Source: a virus (lineage: Duplodnaviria > Caudoviricetes). From it: a DNA stretch of 64,000 nucleotides. The translations under genes and the position numbers were made by a program. The notes below the pieces were generated by a model, which was not told where the DNA came from, searched no databases, and was given only the letters and a program-made list of their open reading frames with translations. The stretch is taken from positions 1 through 64,000 of IMG/VR virus record IMGVR_UViG_3300028638_000008; one strand, given 5' to 3'. Position 1 is the stretch's first letter, and each line of letters begins with the position of its first letter. This document shows positions 50,133 to 59,039 of the stretch, piece after piece.

Positions 50133-51201
50133 GTGGTTTGGAACCGCTAGATATTCGTTTAATAAAGCAGTTGAATATCTGAAAAACCCAGATAATAAAG
50201 CAAACTGGATGCAGATAAAAGCTGGTTTAATTCATGAATTACCTGAATGGTCTAAGGAAATTCCTTACCAGATTAAATCAGTTGCTGTTAGAGATGCTTG
50301 TTTAGCTGTTACTAACGCGAAAAAGAAGTTTAATTTAACTGGTAAATTTCAGAAAGTTAAATTTCGCTCTCGTAAGAAAGCAGATTTTAATCTGTTTATT
50401 CCCAAGTCTGCCCTGCGAGAGAATGGTTTTTACCATACTCTAACAGGTACAATAAATTTAAGAGAAAGTGTAGGTAATGCTGATTATGATTGTAGGGTAA
50501 TTCTTGAGAATGATCGTTACTTTTTAATTAAGCCGGAAAATAGAGCTGTTAAAAAACCTGATAACCAAAGGTACTCTGTCGTAGCTTTAGACCCCGGTGT
50601 AAGGACTTTTCAAACTATTTACTCGCCGGAATTAGCTGTTAAAGTAGCTCAGAATGACTTTTCTAGGATTTATAGACTTTGTTACTTGTTGGATAAACTG
50701 TATTCAAACAGGAAGAAACAGATTACTAACAAATACAATGTTAAATTAAAGAAAATTCGCTGGAAAATTAAAGACTTAATTTCTGAATTACACCACAAAT
50801 TAGCTTTATTTCTTGTAAAAACTTTTGATAACATTCTAATACCTTCTTTTGAAACATCTAATATGGTAACTAAGTTACATTCTAAGGTAGCTAGAGCTAT
50901 GTTAGGTTGGTCACATTACAAGTTTAAACAATTCCTTAAATACAAGGCAGAAGAATATTCTTGCAATGTAATAGAAGTTAATGAAAGTTATACCAGTAAA
51001 ACTTGTGGTAATTGTGGTAAGCAGCAAAATATCGGTAGTAAAGAAGTTTTTAAATGTTCTTGTGGACTGGTAATAGACAGAGATTTAAACGGAGCAAGAA
51101 ACATTCTTTTAAAGAACGCTTCTTGCGTAGAAAGATTCTTCCACGGTTTAGCTAACGGCGTAGACTGTGAACCTCAATTAGCAAGTATTAATGCTTGTTA
51201 A
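49870..51201 (+). CDS. tnpB: TnpB RNA-guided nuclease of Fanzor/pro-Fanzor type (start uncertain; frame open from 49576)
   Basis: KIRFYPT..Q, ALDPG, VNESYTSKTC..CG, C.CG...DRD.NGARNI. Confidence 0.85.
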   Translation: MSRKLWLPIVTGSAGLDLNSLNGTSLSTMLNSWYSMIVRVPLNRNLLPTYSQLLPCSPAVFTDSGNTIIRSRKIRFYPTKQQKILLYKWFGTARYSFNKAVEYLKNPDNKANWMQIKAGLIHELPEWSKEIPYQIKSVAVRDACLAVTNAKKKFNLTGKFQKVKFRSRKKADFNLFIPKSALRENGFYHTLTGTINLRESVGNADYDCRVILENDRYFLIKPENRAVKKPDNQRYSVVALDPGVRTFQTIYSPELAVKVAQNDFSRIYRLCYLLDKLYSNRKKQITNKYNVKLKKIRWKIKDLISELHHKLALFLVKTFDNILIPSFETSNMVTKLHSKVARAMLGWSHYKFKQFLKYKAEEYSCNVIEVNESYTSKTCGNCGKQQNIGSKEVFKCSCGLVIDRDLNGARNILLKNASCVERFFHGLANGVDCEPQLASINAC

Positions 51202-51223
51202 TGGAAATGAATCGGTAATTCTC

Positions 51224-52267
51224 ATGGCGAAAAAAGAACCGCGTAAGATTGTTTTTCAGGTGCATGGTGGCCTTGGCGCAAACATTATGAAAACCGCCGT
51301 ATTAAAGCAGCTCAGGGCTGAAAATCCCGATGCTGTCATTCACGTAAAGGCGAGTTATCCCGATGTTTTCAAAAATCTTGATTTTGTCGATGAATACTTT
51401 GCAGGCCCGCCGCAGCAGATTATTCACGGGGCCTATCGCAATTACAAGGATTTTGAGTTTATCGGCGAGCAGGAGCCTTACCTCGACAAAGAATACCGCG
51501 CAAAGAAATGCCATTTCATTGAAGCCGCGTGCAGGCGCTATGAAATCGGCAAGCCCGCATCGTGTATCGGTGAAATAAAACTTACGCAGAAAGAAAAAAA
51601 AGACGTTAAAAAGATTCTCGACCAGATTCTTCAGCAGATGCCGAACGCAAAAGGCAAAAAGCTAGTTGCTTTTCAATGGACTGGCGGCGTTCCGACTTTC
51701 TCGCAGGATTCTGCAAACGAAATCGGGCGCGTTACTCAGGCCCGAAACATGCCGAAAGAAGCCGCTCAGAAGATTGTCGATGCTCTTGTGAAGAATGACT
51801 ACGCCGTTTTGCAGGTGTCGCTGCCGAAAGAAGAAAGCCTGAATAACGTGCTTCGGCTTTACAACGATAACAATTCAGCACCGCTGCCAATTCGCTATCT
51901 TTTCGCGCTTCTCAATGAATGTTTTGGCTTTATCGGTATTGATAGCTTTGCACAGCACGCATGGGCCGCGCTTGAAAAGAAAAACGGCCTTGTTATGTGG
52001 GGTGGCACCTCTCCCGCTCAGTTGGGCTATGATTCAATGCTGAATCTCACGCCAACAAATAACCCTTGCGACGACCTGCATTGTGGCCGCCCGTTCAGCT
52101 TTGTCGGTGATTTTCTTGGCAATGGTGAGCCGTGGTCATGTCCGTTCAATGAGGGTTGCATGAACTATAACCCCGAATTTGTTGTCGGCAAGTTTATCAC
52201 AATGGTTGCTGAAAATGAGCCAAAGCCTGAAATGGAGCTTGTAGAGACTGAACCAAAGCTGCCCTAA
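51224..52267 (+). CDS. GT9-like (GT-B) glycosyltransferase
   Basis: GGLG..IM.TA....L...PD...; FIGIDSF..H...A....MWG.T.P...GY. Confidence 0.7.
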   Translation: MAKKEPRKIVFQVHGGLGANIMKTAVLKQLRAENPDAVIHVKASYPDVFKNLDFVDEYFAGPPQQIIHGAYRNYKDFEFIGEQEPYLDKEYRAKKCHFIEAACRRYEIGKPASCIGEIKLTQKEKKDVKKILDQILQQMPNAKGKKLVAFQWTGGVPTFSQDSANEIGRVTQARNMPKEAAQKIVDALVKNDYAVLQVSLPKEESLNNVLRLYNDNNSAPLPIRYLFALLNECFGFIGIDSFAQHAWAALEKKNGLVMWGGTSPAQLGYDSMLNLTPTNNPCDDLHCGRPFSFVGDFLGNGEPWSCPFNEGCMNYNPEFVVGKFITMVAENEPKPEMELVETEPKLP

Positions 52268-52319
52268 TTAAACCATAAAGGATATTGCGTTTTCTCCCCT
52301 CCACAATATCCCCATTTTT

Positions 52320-52341
52320 GCCGGTGCAAACCGGCTTTTTT
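52320..52341 (+). terminator. Intrinsic terminator
   Basis: GCCGGT-GCAA-ACCGGC-TTTTTT. Confidence 0.75.
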
Positions 52342-52362
52342 GGCATAAGAAAGGCGTAAAAT

Positions 52363-52863
52363 ATGAACATAGTTCTAATGCGCGGCCAGACCGACTGCGA
52401 AGTTGCGATGCTTGCAACCGCCCTGCAAATAAGCTATGAAGATGCAAAGGCGGCGCTTGATTGGCGCAAATTACCGCAGGGGCTTGAGAACCCCATTTTC
52501 GGCAACCCCTACAATGTTTATCGGGCGCTAATCAGCCTTGGCTATTGGAAAAAGAATATAACTTTAACCGATATTTTAACGGGCAAGTATCAACCCGGCA
52601 AAACATGTTGCCTGATTCATAACCCGCAAAGCCCGACGCTATCGCAACACTGGATTGTTTTAGGCGCGAACCGGCCTGAATTTGGCACTATAGAGGTCTT
52701 TTGGGGTGATACCGAAAAGCCGCGAATGTTAACGCATAAACAGTTCAAAGATTATTTCATTAAAGGCTTTCCGAATTGCGCGATGGTGCCTTATAAAGCT
52801 AATGTTTGGCGCATTTTATGGGAACGCATGAAAATCTTTTTCGGGGTAAAAAATGACAGTTAA
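52363..52863 (+). CDS. Putative C39-like cysteine peptidase
   Basis: Q.DC..A.LA..L and HWIV. Confidence 0.5.
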   Translation: MNIVLMRGQTDCEVAMLATALQISYEDAKAALDWRKLPQGLENPIFGNPYNVYRALISLGYWKKNITLTDILTGKYQPGKTCCLIHNPQSPTLSQHWIVLGANRPEFGTIEVFWGDTEKPRMLTHKQFKDYFIKGFPNCAMVPYKANVWRILWERMKIFFGVKNDS

Positions 52864-53144
52864 AGCATGGGAACTGAAAAACGCTATAATAGACACGGTT
52901 GAAGTTTACTTGCGCGATAATGCCGGTTATTATGCTTTAAATCACGCTTCGGCGGCATTCTTTACCCGTGGCGTATTAGATACCGTGCGTATTTGTTTTC
53001 TGGTGACGATGTTGTGCGCTTCAATATTCCGCTAGATATTCCCGAAAAAACCGATATTGAGGTTAGAGTTATAACGCCGCTAGGTGCAGGTGAAACATCA
53101 ATGGGTGCTACTTTTGAGGCGTGGTATGAAAGGATAGTAAGCTA
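52853..53144 (+). pseudogene. Frameshifted or truncated gene: short ORF 52853-53035 overlapped by a start-less frame ending ...PLDIPEKTDIEVRV...WYERIVS
   Basis: Second frame open from ~52921 to TAA ~53144 without a start/RBS. Confidence 0.35.
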
Positions 53145-53555
53145 ATGAAAAAACTAGTAATTAAACGACTTTCAGACGATGGGCGGCAGACTTTGGGCAC
53201 TGGCACGCTTTACGATTGCGATAAAAAGGTATTTGAGTTTGTAACACTTGAACCGCCTTGGCGAAATAACGAAAGGCAGGTTAGTTGCATACCGGCAGGC
53301 GTTTACAAGGTTACGCCGCGCAAATCGCCGAAATATGGCAATCATTATCACGTGCAAGATGTTCTTTTGCGCGATTATATTCTGATTCATTTCGGAAACT
53401 ACGCCAAAGACTCTACTGGCTGCATACTTGTCGGCAAGCGGTTCTCAGACATCAACGGCGACGGGCAAATCGACATTACATCAAGTAAAGTTACCCTTGA
53501 AAAACTTTTGCATTTTGCGCCTGAAGGCTTTACAATGGTTATTGAGGCTGCATAG
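53145..53555 (+). CDS. DUF5675-family putative endolysin
   Basis: T.G...TLE.PW..N....SCIP.G.Y...ILIH.GN...D..GCILVG; upstream of the holin. Confidence 0.7.
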   Translation: MKKLVIKRLSDDGRQTLGTGTLYDCDKKVFEFVTLEPPWRNNERQVSCIPAGVYKVTPRKSPKYGNHYHVQDVLLRDYILIHFGNYAKDSTGCILVGKRFSDINGDGQIDITSSKVTLEKLLHFAPEGFTMVIEAA

Positions 53556-53819
53556 TTTTATGGCCGATATTTGATAAAAAGGGGCGATCAAGCTGAAACA
53601 TCTTAAACGCGCATCAAAGCACGATATTAAGAAAGAAAGCGGGGTGAAACATAACGAAGAACAAAGAGAAGAAAAGAAAAAATACCTTGCCGAAAGGCTT
53701 GTGGTTGCATTGGCCGCAAAACTTGACCTATGCGAGTGCGGTGGCTTAATCTATTTGATAGATGGTATTGAATACTGCGGTGATTGCGATAACCCGCGCA
53801 AATATAAGGAGTAAAAATA

Positions 53820-54101
53820 ATGCGAGCATTTTTTAAAAGTATTTTCGGCATGTTTCTTGGCGCTGATGGGATTCTCAGCAGCACAAAGCTGCTTTCATTC
53901 ATTGGTTATGCGCTTTTTGTGTTTATTTCAATCTGGACGGCGATTTACAACCCGGAAAAGTTTAATTATGAGCTTTTCGCCATTCTTTCGGCGGCCTCAA
54001 GCTCGTCAATGCGGCTGATTGATAAGTGGCTCAATGTTAAATCATTTACCGGCGCGGCTTCGGCAATCGTCGAAACAGAAGCAGAGGCAAAAAGTGAATG
54101 A
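53820..54101 (+). CDS. Putative holin
   Basis: Two hydrophobic segments, lysis-cassette position. Confidence 0.55.
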   Translation: MRAFFKSIFGMFLGADGILSSTKLLSFIGYALFVFISIWTAIYNPEKFNYELFAILSAASSSSMRLIDKWLNVKSFTGAASAIVETEAEAKSE

Positions 54102-54447
54102 AAAAAATACTGATTATTTCGGTGTTTTTGTGGGTATTATCTGCATCGCCGTTGTTTGCGCGGGAATCATATACTATTACCGGGGCGCAGATAAGCAGCT
54201 TGAGCGCGAACTTGACAACGCTCAAAGAATTAACAATCAGCTTGCGTCTGAAACTAGACAGCTACAAACAAGCATTGCAAGCCACGGCGCAGGAATTAAA
54301 AGTATCAGAAGCCAAGTTGGAAAAAGCAGAAAGCGAATCGAACACGTTTATATTGAGATTGAGCAATCAGCAAACGATGCTGACAGAGCAATCCAAGTCA
54401 TTGAGCAATGCGAAAACATCATTGAAGCGGTTAAGGCGCAAAGATAA
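54094..54447 (+). CDS. Putative i-spanin (N-terminal TM plus coiled coil), GTG start
   Basis: GAGG RBS then GTG AAT GAA...; FGVFVGIICIAVVCAGIIYYY. Confidence 0.55.
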   Translation: MNEKNTDYFGVFVGIICIAVVCAGIIYYYRGADKQLERELDNAQRINNQLASETRQLQTSIASHGAGIKSIRSQVGKSRKRIEHVYIEIEQSANDADRAIQVIEQCENIIEAVKAQR

Positions 54448-54502
54448 GGCAAAAAATATCTTGTTTATGCTGATTCTTGGCGCGGTTATCGCGAATAAAT
54501 AA
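54098..54502 (+). CDS. Putative second spanin component (signal peptide, coiled coil, C-terminal hydrophobic segment)
   Basis: MKKILIISVFLWVLSASPLFA; overlaps 54094..54447 in the +1 frame. Confidence 0.5.
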   Translation: MKKILIISVFLWVLSASPLFARESYTITGAQISSLSANLTTLKELTISLRLKLDSYKQALQATAQELKVSEAKLEKAESESNTFILRLSNQQTMLTEQSKSLSNAKTSLKRLRRKDKAKNILFMLILGAVIANK

Positions 54503-54539
54503 AAAGGCCGGGGTTGTTATGCCCCGGCTCTTTTTTAAT
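54502..54539. terminator. Bidirectional terminator
   Basis: AAAAAGGCCGGGG...CCCCGGCTCTTTTTT between convergent genes. Confidence 0.8.
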
Positions 54540-54869
54540 TATCCTCCACCGCTTCAACAAACGGCAAATCACCCGTTTTCGGCGCGTATTCCTCAACCGT
54601 TTTCTGCCAATTTTCAACAACCGCCTGATTTTTCAGGTTTTCCGCAAGGTGCGCGGCAATCTGCTCTTTCACGGTTGAAACAAGCCCGAAAGCCTGCTGC
54701 TGAGAGATTTTATAACCGTTAATCCGGTTAATAAGGTCGCAGAACATTTCGTCGAAAGTCATAAATATCCCCTAATTTAATTTAAACGCCGTATAAGCGT
54801 TTTAAACACTTCGGGCATAAACATACCCGGTAAAATCAAAACAAACGCAACCACGGGCACGCTATTGCA

Positions 54870-55493
54870 TTACATACCCATTTCCAAAAGCAGTATATCG
54901 ACGTATCTTGCAAAGTCGTTAATTCTTATCTCCTCTCTCGTCATTTTTGCTACATGCCGAATTTCATTTAAAGCGTTCGGCGCGGTTCTCAACTCAAGAA
55001 AGTTAATAAACGACCGCAGGTTAATCGACCATGAAAAGGCTGTGCGTGTCGATTCTGGTAGCAGATATTTCAGCAAGTCATTCGGAACGCCTTCGGGTTT
55101 TAATTCTGCAATAGCATCATAAACAATTCGTTCAATAAGGGCTTTTTTTGCCAAATAACGCGCCGCCAAATCTATAGAAATGTGACTTGTATCAGGAGTA
55201 AAAAAAATCATACCCAAATCATTCTCGAGTATCATTTTGCCAAGACAAAAGCGCGTTGACTTTACGGTTGGGCTTGCCATTCGATGCCGCATGTGTTCTT
55301 GCAGTTCAGCGCGGCTTGTGCCTTCGATGTGAAAATTAAGCACGATATGTTCGGCGCAAGAAAGATGTTTTTTAACGCTGATAACCTTGCGTGTTAGCTC
55401 GAAACTTGGCTCTGAATCGTAAGGTTGCGCGATTGCCTGATTAACAACTTCTACAGGCGTCACGTTAAGCAGTTTTACTTTGATTTTATCCAC
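54870..55493 (-). CDS. thyX: FAD-dependent thymidylate synthase
   Basis: H.S..EH, SR...RHRMASPTVKSTR, LLP...T....N.R...FL.LR....A..EIR; GTG start after GGGG RBS. Confidence 0.88.
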   Translation of the reverse strand: MDKIKVKLLNVTPVEVVNQAIAQPYDSEPSFELTRKVISVKKHLSCAEHIVLNFHIEGTSRAELQEHMRHRMASPTVKSTRFCLGKMILENDLGMIFFTPDTSHISIDLAARYLAKKALIERIVYDAIAELKPEGVPNDLLKYLLPESTRTAFSWSINLRSFINFLELRTAPNALNEIRHVAKMTREEIRINDFARYVDILLLEMGM

Positions 55494-56142
55494 AATTTCC
55501 CCTTTCAATTTCAGCAGCCTTTTCAACCGCCCATTTAACTTTGCAATCTGCTTTTTTCGGGCACTCATCGCAACTTGAAATACCCAAAACTTCAAAGCAG
55601 TCTGCAATCTGCAGCATAGCACAACCACAAAGAATATTCAAGATGGCGTTAAGATTCTTCATTTGCTTGCGCCTCCATTTCTTCAAGAAGGGTATCGGCC
55701 TCGTCGAGTGCTTCGGCAATAGTGCGTTCATGCGCCGCATTAGTCAGCTTTTGCAGCATGCCATACATTTTCTTTGCATTGGCAAGCAGAACCGCGTCGC
55801 CGCGCTGCATAAAACCGACAAGGCCGAAGCCGTCGCCGGTTTGCGGGTTGTAAAAGCCGCCCGCAGCATGAACGTAAAAATACTTTTTATCGACGCCTTT
55901 ATCTTTAATATCTGGATTAAAGGCAATCCATTCACCTTCTGTATGCTTAATCATGTTTCAATTCTCCCTCTGTATAATAAATAATATCGTCTGCCGCGTA
56001 GCCCTTCGGTAGTTTAAAATTCAACTTTTCGTGCAGGACACCGTATTTAACAACGCCTTTTTGATTCTCTACGGCGACTATTTTACCCTCACCGTGCAGG
56101 GTGATAACATGGTCATTCATTTTCATAAAAACTCCTATGTAA

Positions 56143-56172
56143 AAAAGCCCGGCTCATTTTCAGAGCCGGGCG
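56143..56172 (-). terminator. Intrinsic terminator
   Basis: GCCCGGCTC...GAGCCGGGC plus T-tract on the minus strand. Confidence 0.75.
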
Positions 56173-56177
56173 GTTAA

Positions 56178-56495
56178 TCAAAGGCTCAGGCCGTTAGCGC
56201 CGATTATTTGGCCGTCGGCATTTCTAACGGGTGCGCCGGGCACCATTACGTCGGCGCGGTCGGCAACGCGGTCTTTGACCATACGGCTGACGACCAATAC
56301 AACGCCATCGACTGCGGCGGGCAGGTCGATAACATCGCCGAATACCGACTTGGTAACGGCGATACCGTTTACGTTGCCAACAGTTTCTGTTTTTGCAGAA
56401 ACACGGGCAACTGTGCCAGAAGGCTGAATGTTGACGGTAGAGCCGTCAACAGAGATAAGATTCAGAATGTGGGGGGTCAGGTTGCGAATTTCCAT
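56178..56495 (-). CDS. NLTPH-motif small protein, standalone early unit
   Basis: NLTPH.L...PSG.VARV...LP....VS..V...R.D...P...VR...G.IIG. Confidence 0.65.
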   Translation of the reverse strand: MEIRNLTPHILNLISVDGSTVNIQPSGTVARVSAKTETVGNVNGIAVTKSVFGDVIDLPAAVDGVVLVVSRMVKDRVADRADVMVPGAPVRNADGQIIGANGLSL

Positions 56496-56539
56496 AAAAC
56501 ACCTCTTTTTTTAATTTTGAGCTTCAAGCTCATGTTTTT

Positions 56540-56568
56540 ATATTACCATGCAAGTTTTTAAATTGCAA
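56540..56568 (-). promoter_or_regulatory. Early promoter
   Basis: TTGCAA-17nt-TAATAT. Confidence 0.7.
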
Positions 56569-56672
56569 GTAATTTTTTAAAATATTTTAAGCCTTTTTAA
56601 AACTTGCTCAGGTTTCTATGATTAATCGAGGTCTGCCAGAAAAACATCGCCGCCGCCCATCGGGGCAACCTT

Positions 56673-56993
56673 TCAAATATCTTCCTGCCATTTACAAGCT
56701 TCGGCTTCCCGAACTTCGTCAGCTAGAGTTCTTGGCGCTCTGCTAAGGTTTAGATCGAGTTGAAGTTTTTCGGCATCGGCAAGAAGTTTGACTGCCGAAT
56801 CAATACAAGACTGCAAAGACTGTTTTGCAATCACCGGTGCAAGCAGACTTTCATCAAGCTTGCGGTTTTCAACAAGCCATGCAAGCTCGTTGAGATTGCG
56901 AGCAAGACGGCGGGTCTGCTCTGTATCTTTGCCAATTCTTGCGAACTTGGCAAGGGTTTCAATCATTTTGTTTAAAGTTTCAAGATTTTTCAT
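56673..56993 (-). CDS. Hypothetical early protein (start MKNLETL)
   Basis: GAGGT RBS; promoter at 57031-57059. Confidence 0.55.
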   Translation of the reverse strand: MKNLETLNKMIETLAKFARIGKDTEQTRRLARNLNELAWLVENRKLDESLLAPVIAKQSLQSCIDSAVKLLADAEKLQLDLNLSRAPRTLADEVREAEACKWQEDI

Positions 56994-57030
56994 ACTTTTA
57001 CCTCGTTTTTGAATTTCGCTCACAAGATTA

Positions 57031-57059
57031 AATATAAACTATGTAAAAATAAAAAACAA
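57031..57059 (-). promoter_or_regulatory. Early promoter
   Basis: TTGTTT-17nt-TATATT. Confidence 0.55.
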
Positions 57060-57131
57060 GCATTATTTTTTAATTTTTAGAAAAAAGATTTTTATGCTAT
57101 GATGAAGGTAGATAAAATAAGGAGTTTGCCA

Positions 57132-57515
57132 ATGAAAGACGCTTTTTCTGTCGAAACCCTCATCAAAGTATTATCAAGCTTCGGCGCTTATTTCGCGCTC
57201 ATGGCATTTCCTGAAAAAGTAGTTGTGATAACATTAGCTTTTATGATTCTTTGCGTGTTTATTTTTGCAATTTGGGCCTATTTTCAAACGCGCAAGAGCA
57301 ATAATCAAACTAACCGGGTTGTCGAAGTTTTTGAAAAGCGCTTTTTACTTACAGAATCACGCGCAAATCTGCTAACAGATATACATATAAAACGCCACTC
57401 CGAAGATGGAGCAGCGTTCTTTCAACTTGAGAGATTGCAGGCGCAAGAGCGCTTCGACGAAATGCAAGACGGCGCTTTGTGCGGCTCATGCGGCAAACAC
57501 GACAAAAAAGATTAG
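57132..57515 (+). CDS. Two-TM membrane protein with C-terminal CxxC
   Basis: AAGGAG RBS, extended -10 TGCTATGAT upstream, two hydrophobic helices. Confidence 0.55.
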   Translation: MKDAFSVETLIKVLSSFGAYFALMAFPEKVVVITLAFMILCVFIFAIWAYFQTRKSNNQTNRVVEVFEKRFLLTESRANLLTDIHIKRHSEDGAAFFQLERLQAQERFDEMQDGALCGSCGKHDKKD

Positions 57516-57859
57516 TTTTTTGGCATCAGAGAGGCTTTTAAAACCTCTAACAAGCCGATAGCCTGCACCCGAGTTACATTCGGCGAGTTTATTTCAAGAT
57601 TATACGCGCCCGTTTTGGCGTCGAAAAAGATAATCATGCAATCATCGGTCTTGCCGTTAAGTTCATAACGGTATTGCGTTAGTTTGCGCTCGAAAAATTC
57701 TTTATTTTGCTGCCATTGCTGATGATTGGCTACTGCTTCGGCTTGGCTCATGGCTCAACCCCGATTTTAACAAGGCCGTCGTAAATGCCTTGCGCGACCT
57801 CTTTCACCTTTGCGCGGCGCTCGTCATCTTCCGGTAGTTCATGGTAAATTTTCCAAAGC

Positions 57860-58339
57860 TTAACTCGCCTTAGTTTCAATTCTTCGACTTGCGCCTGTGC
57901 TTTTTTGCTTAGTTTTTCTTTTTTCACTTTTTATACCCTTTTCTTTCGGCTTTGTAGGCAATCTCAGCGTGTCATTAACCTTAAAGCCCGTTATATAACT
58001 AACGCCGCCGCGTGTCGCGTAAACAGCCTGAGTTATCAGCAATTCAATACCATGACAAGCATACATCAACTTAAATTTCAGCTTAAACGCTGCCGGTATC
58101 ATGCCTTTAACATCTTCGACAATCGTTTTGCCGCGATGCTCATAAACAAAATCTGCGATATAGCTGCAAACTTTCAGGCCATTAACGCATAAATCATACT
58201 TTTTCTGCAACTCAAGATTTTTTATCAGCCCGGCTTTTTCTTTGCGCCTTAACATCTGATACCGTGCGCCTTCGGCCTTAGAATCAAACCTTATGCCGTC
58301 GATAATACATTTTTTCGCGCCAGTTTTATTCCTGCTCAA
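57860..58339 (-). CDS. DUF1064 PD-(D/E)XK-type nuclease
   Basis: GAKK..IDGIRFDSKAE..RY..L...YIADFVY...VEDVKG. Confidence 0.85.
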   Translation of the reverse strand: MSRNKTGAKKCIIDGIRFDSKAEGARYQMLRRKEKAGLIKNLELQKKYDLCVNGLKVCSYIADFVYEHRGKTIVEDVKGMIPAAFKLKFKLMYACHGIELLITQAVYATRGGVSYITGFKVNDTLRLPTKPKEKGIKSEKRKTKQKSTGASRRIETKAS

Positions 58340-58631
58340 AATGGCTCCGTTTCGTTCATAAATCGCTCAAATACCGATATTTTGCCCTGTTTGCCGATAA
58401 AACGCATAAGGCCATAATGAACCAAATCATTCATAATCTGCATGGCTTCGGCTTTTGGCTTATCCAGCAAATCTGCAAGGCGCTTATAAGTCCAGAGGCG
58501 CTCTGACATCGTTTTAAACAATTCCAAAGCCGCCTCCGGGGTTATAAGCCGGTAGTCGAGATCTGAACTGTTCGCAAAAAGCACTTTCTTGAAAGGCTTT
58601 GCTTTTTCAGGTCTACCGCGTGAATTCATGG

Positions 58632-59039
58632 TTAGAAGGGCACCGGACTATCTTCATCGGCTGTCGGTGCGAAGTCTGAGCCGTTATCATAACCACTATT
58701 GCCGCCTTCGCTCTTTCCGCTCAAAAACTGCACATTATCGGCAACAATATCGGTTGCGCTGCGTTTGGTGCCGTCCTGCGCCTCCCATGAGCGGTTGTTA
58801 AGCCTGCCTTCGACAAGCACCGATTTGCCTTTTGTCAGATATTTTGCGCAATTCTCACCCGATTTGCCCCATACGACAACATTAAAAAATGCAACTTCTG
58901 TTTTCCATTCCTCACCCTGTTTATATTTACGATTAACCGCAATACTGAAATTGCAAACAGAATTGCCCTGCCCGGTATGCTTCAACTCCGGGTCGCGGGT
59001 TAGATTACCCATCAAAAATACTTTATTCAAACTAGCCAT
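58632..59039 (-). CDS. ssb: Single-stranded DNA-binding protein
   Basis: NKVFLMGNLTRDPE...VEGRL; acidic tail ending PF. Confidence 0.95.
   Translation of the reverse strand: MASLNKVFLMGNLTRDPELKHTGQGNSVCNFSIAVNRKYKQGEEWKTEVAFFNVVVWGKSGENCAKYLTKGKSVLVEGRLNNRSWEAQDGTKRSATDIVADNVQFLSGKSEGGNSGYDNGSDFAPTADEDSPVPF

Larger units (their letters stand above)
49488..51215 (+). mobile_element. IS607-family insertion sequence (tnpA plus tnpB)
   Basis: AT-rich versus flanks; GG at both inferred ends; short TGTTAAT-like repeats near both ends. Confidence 0.85.
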
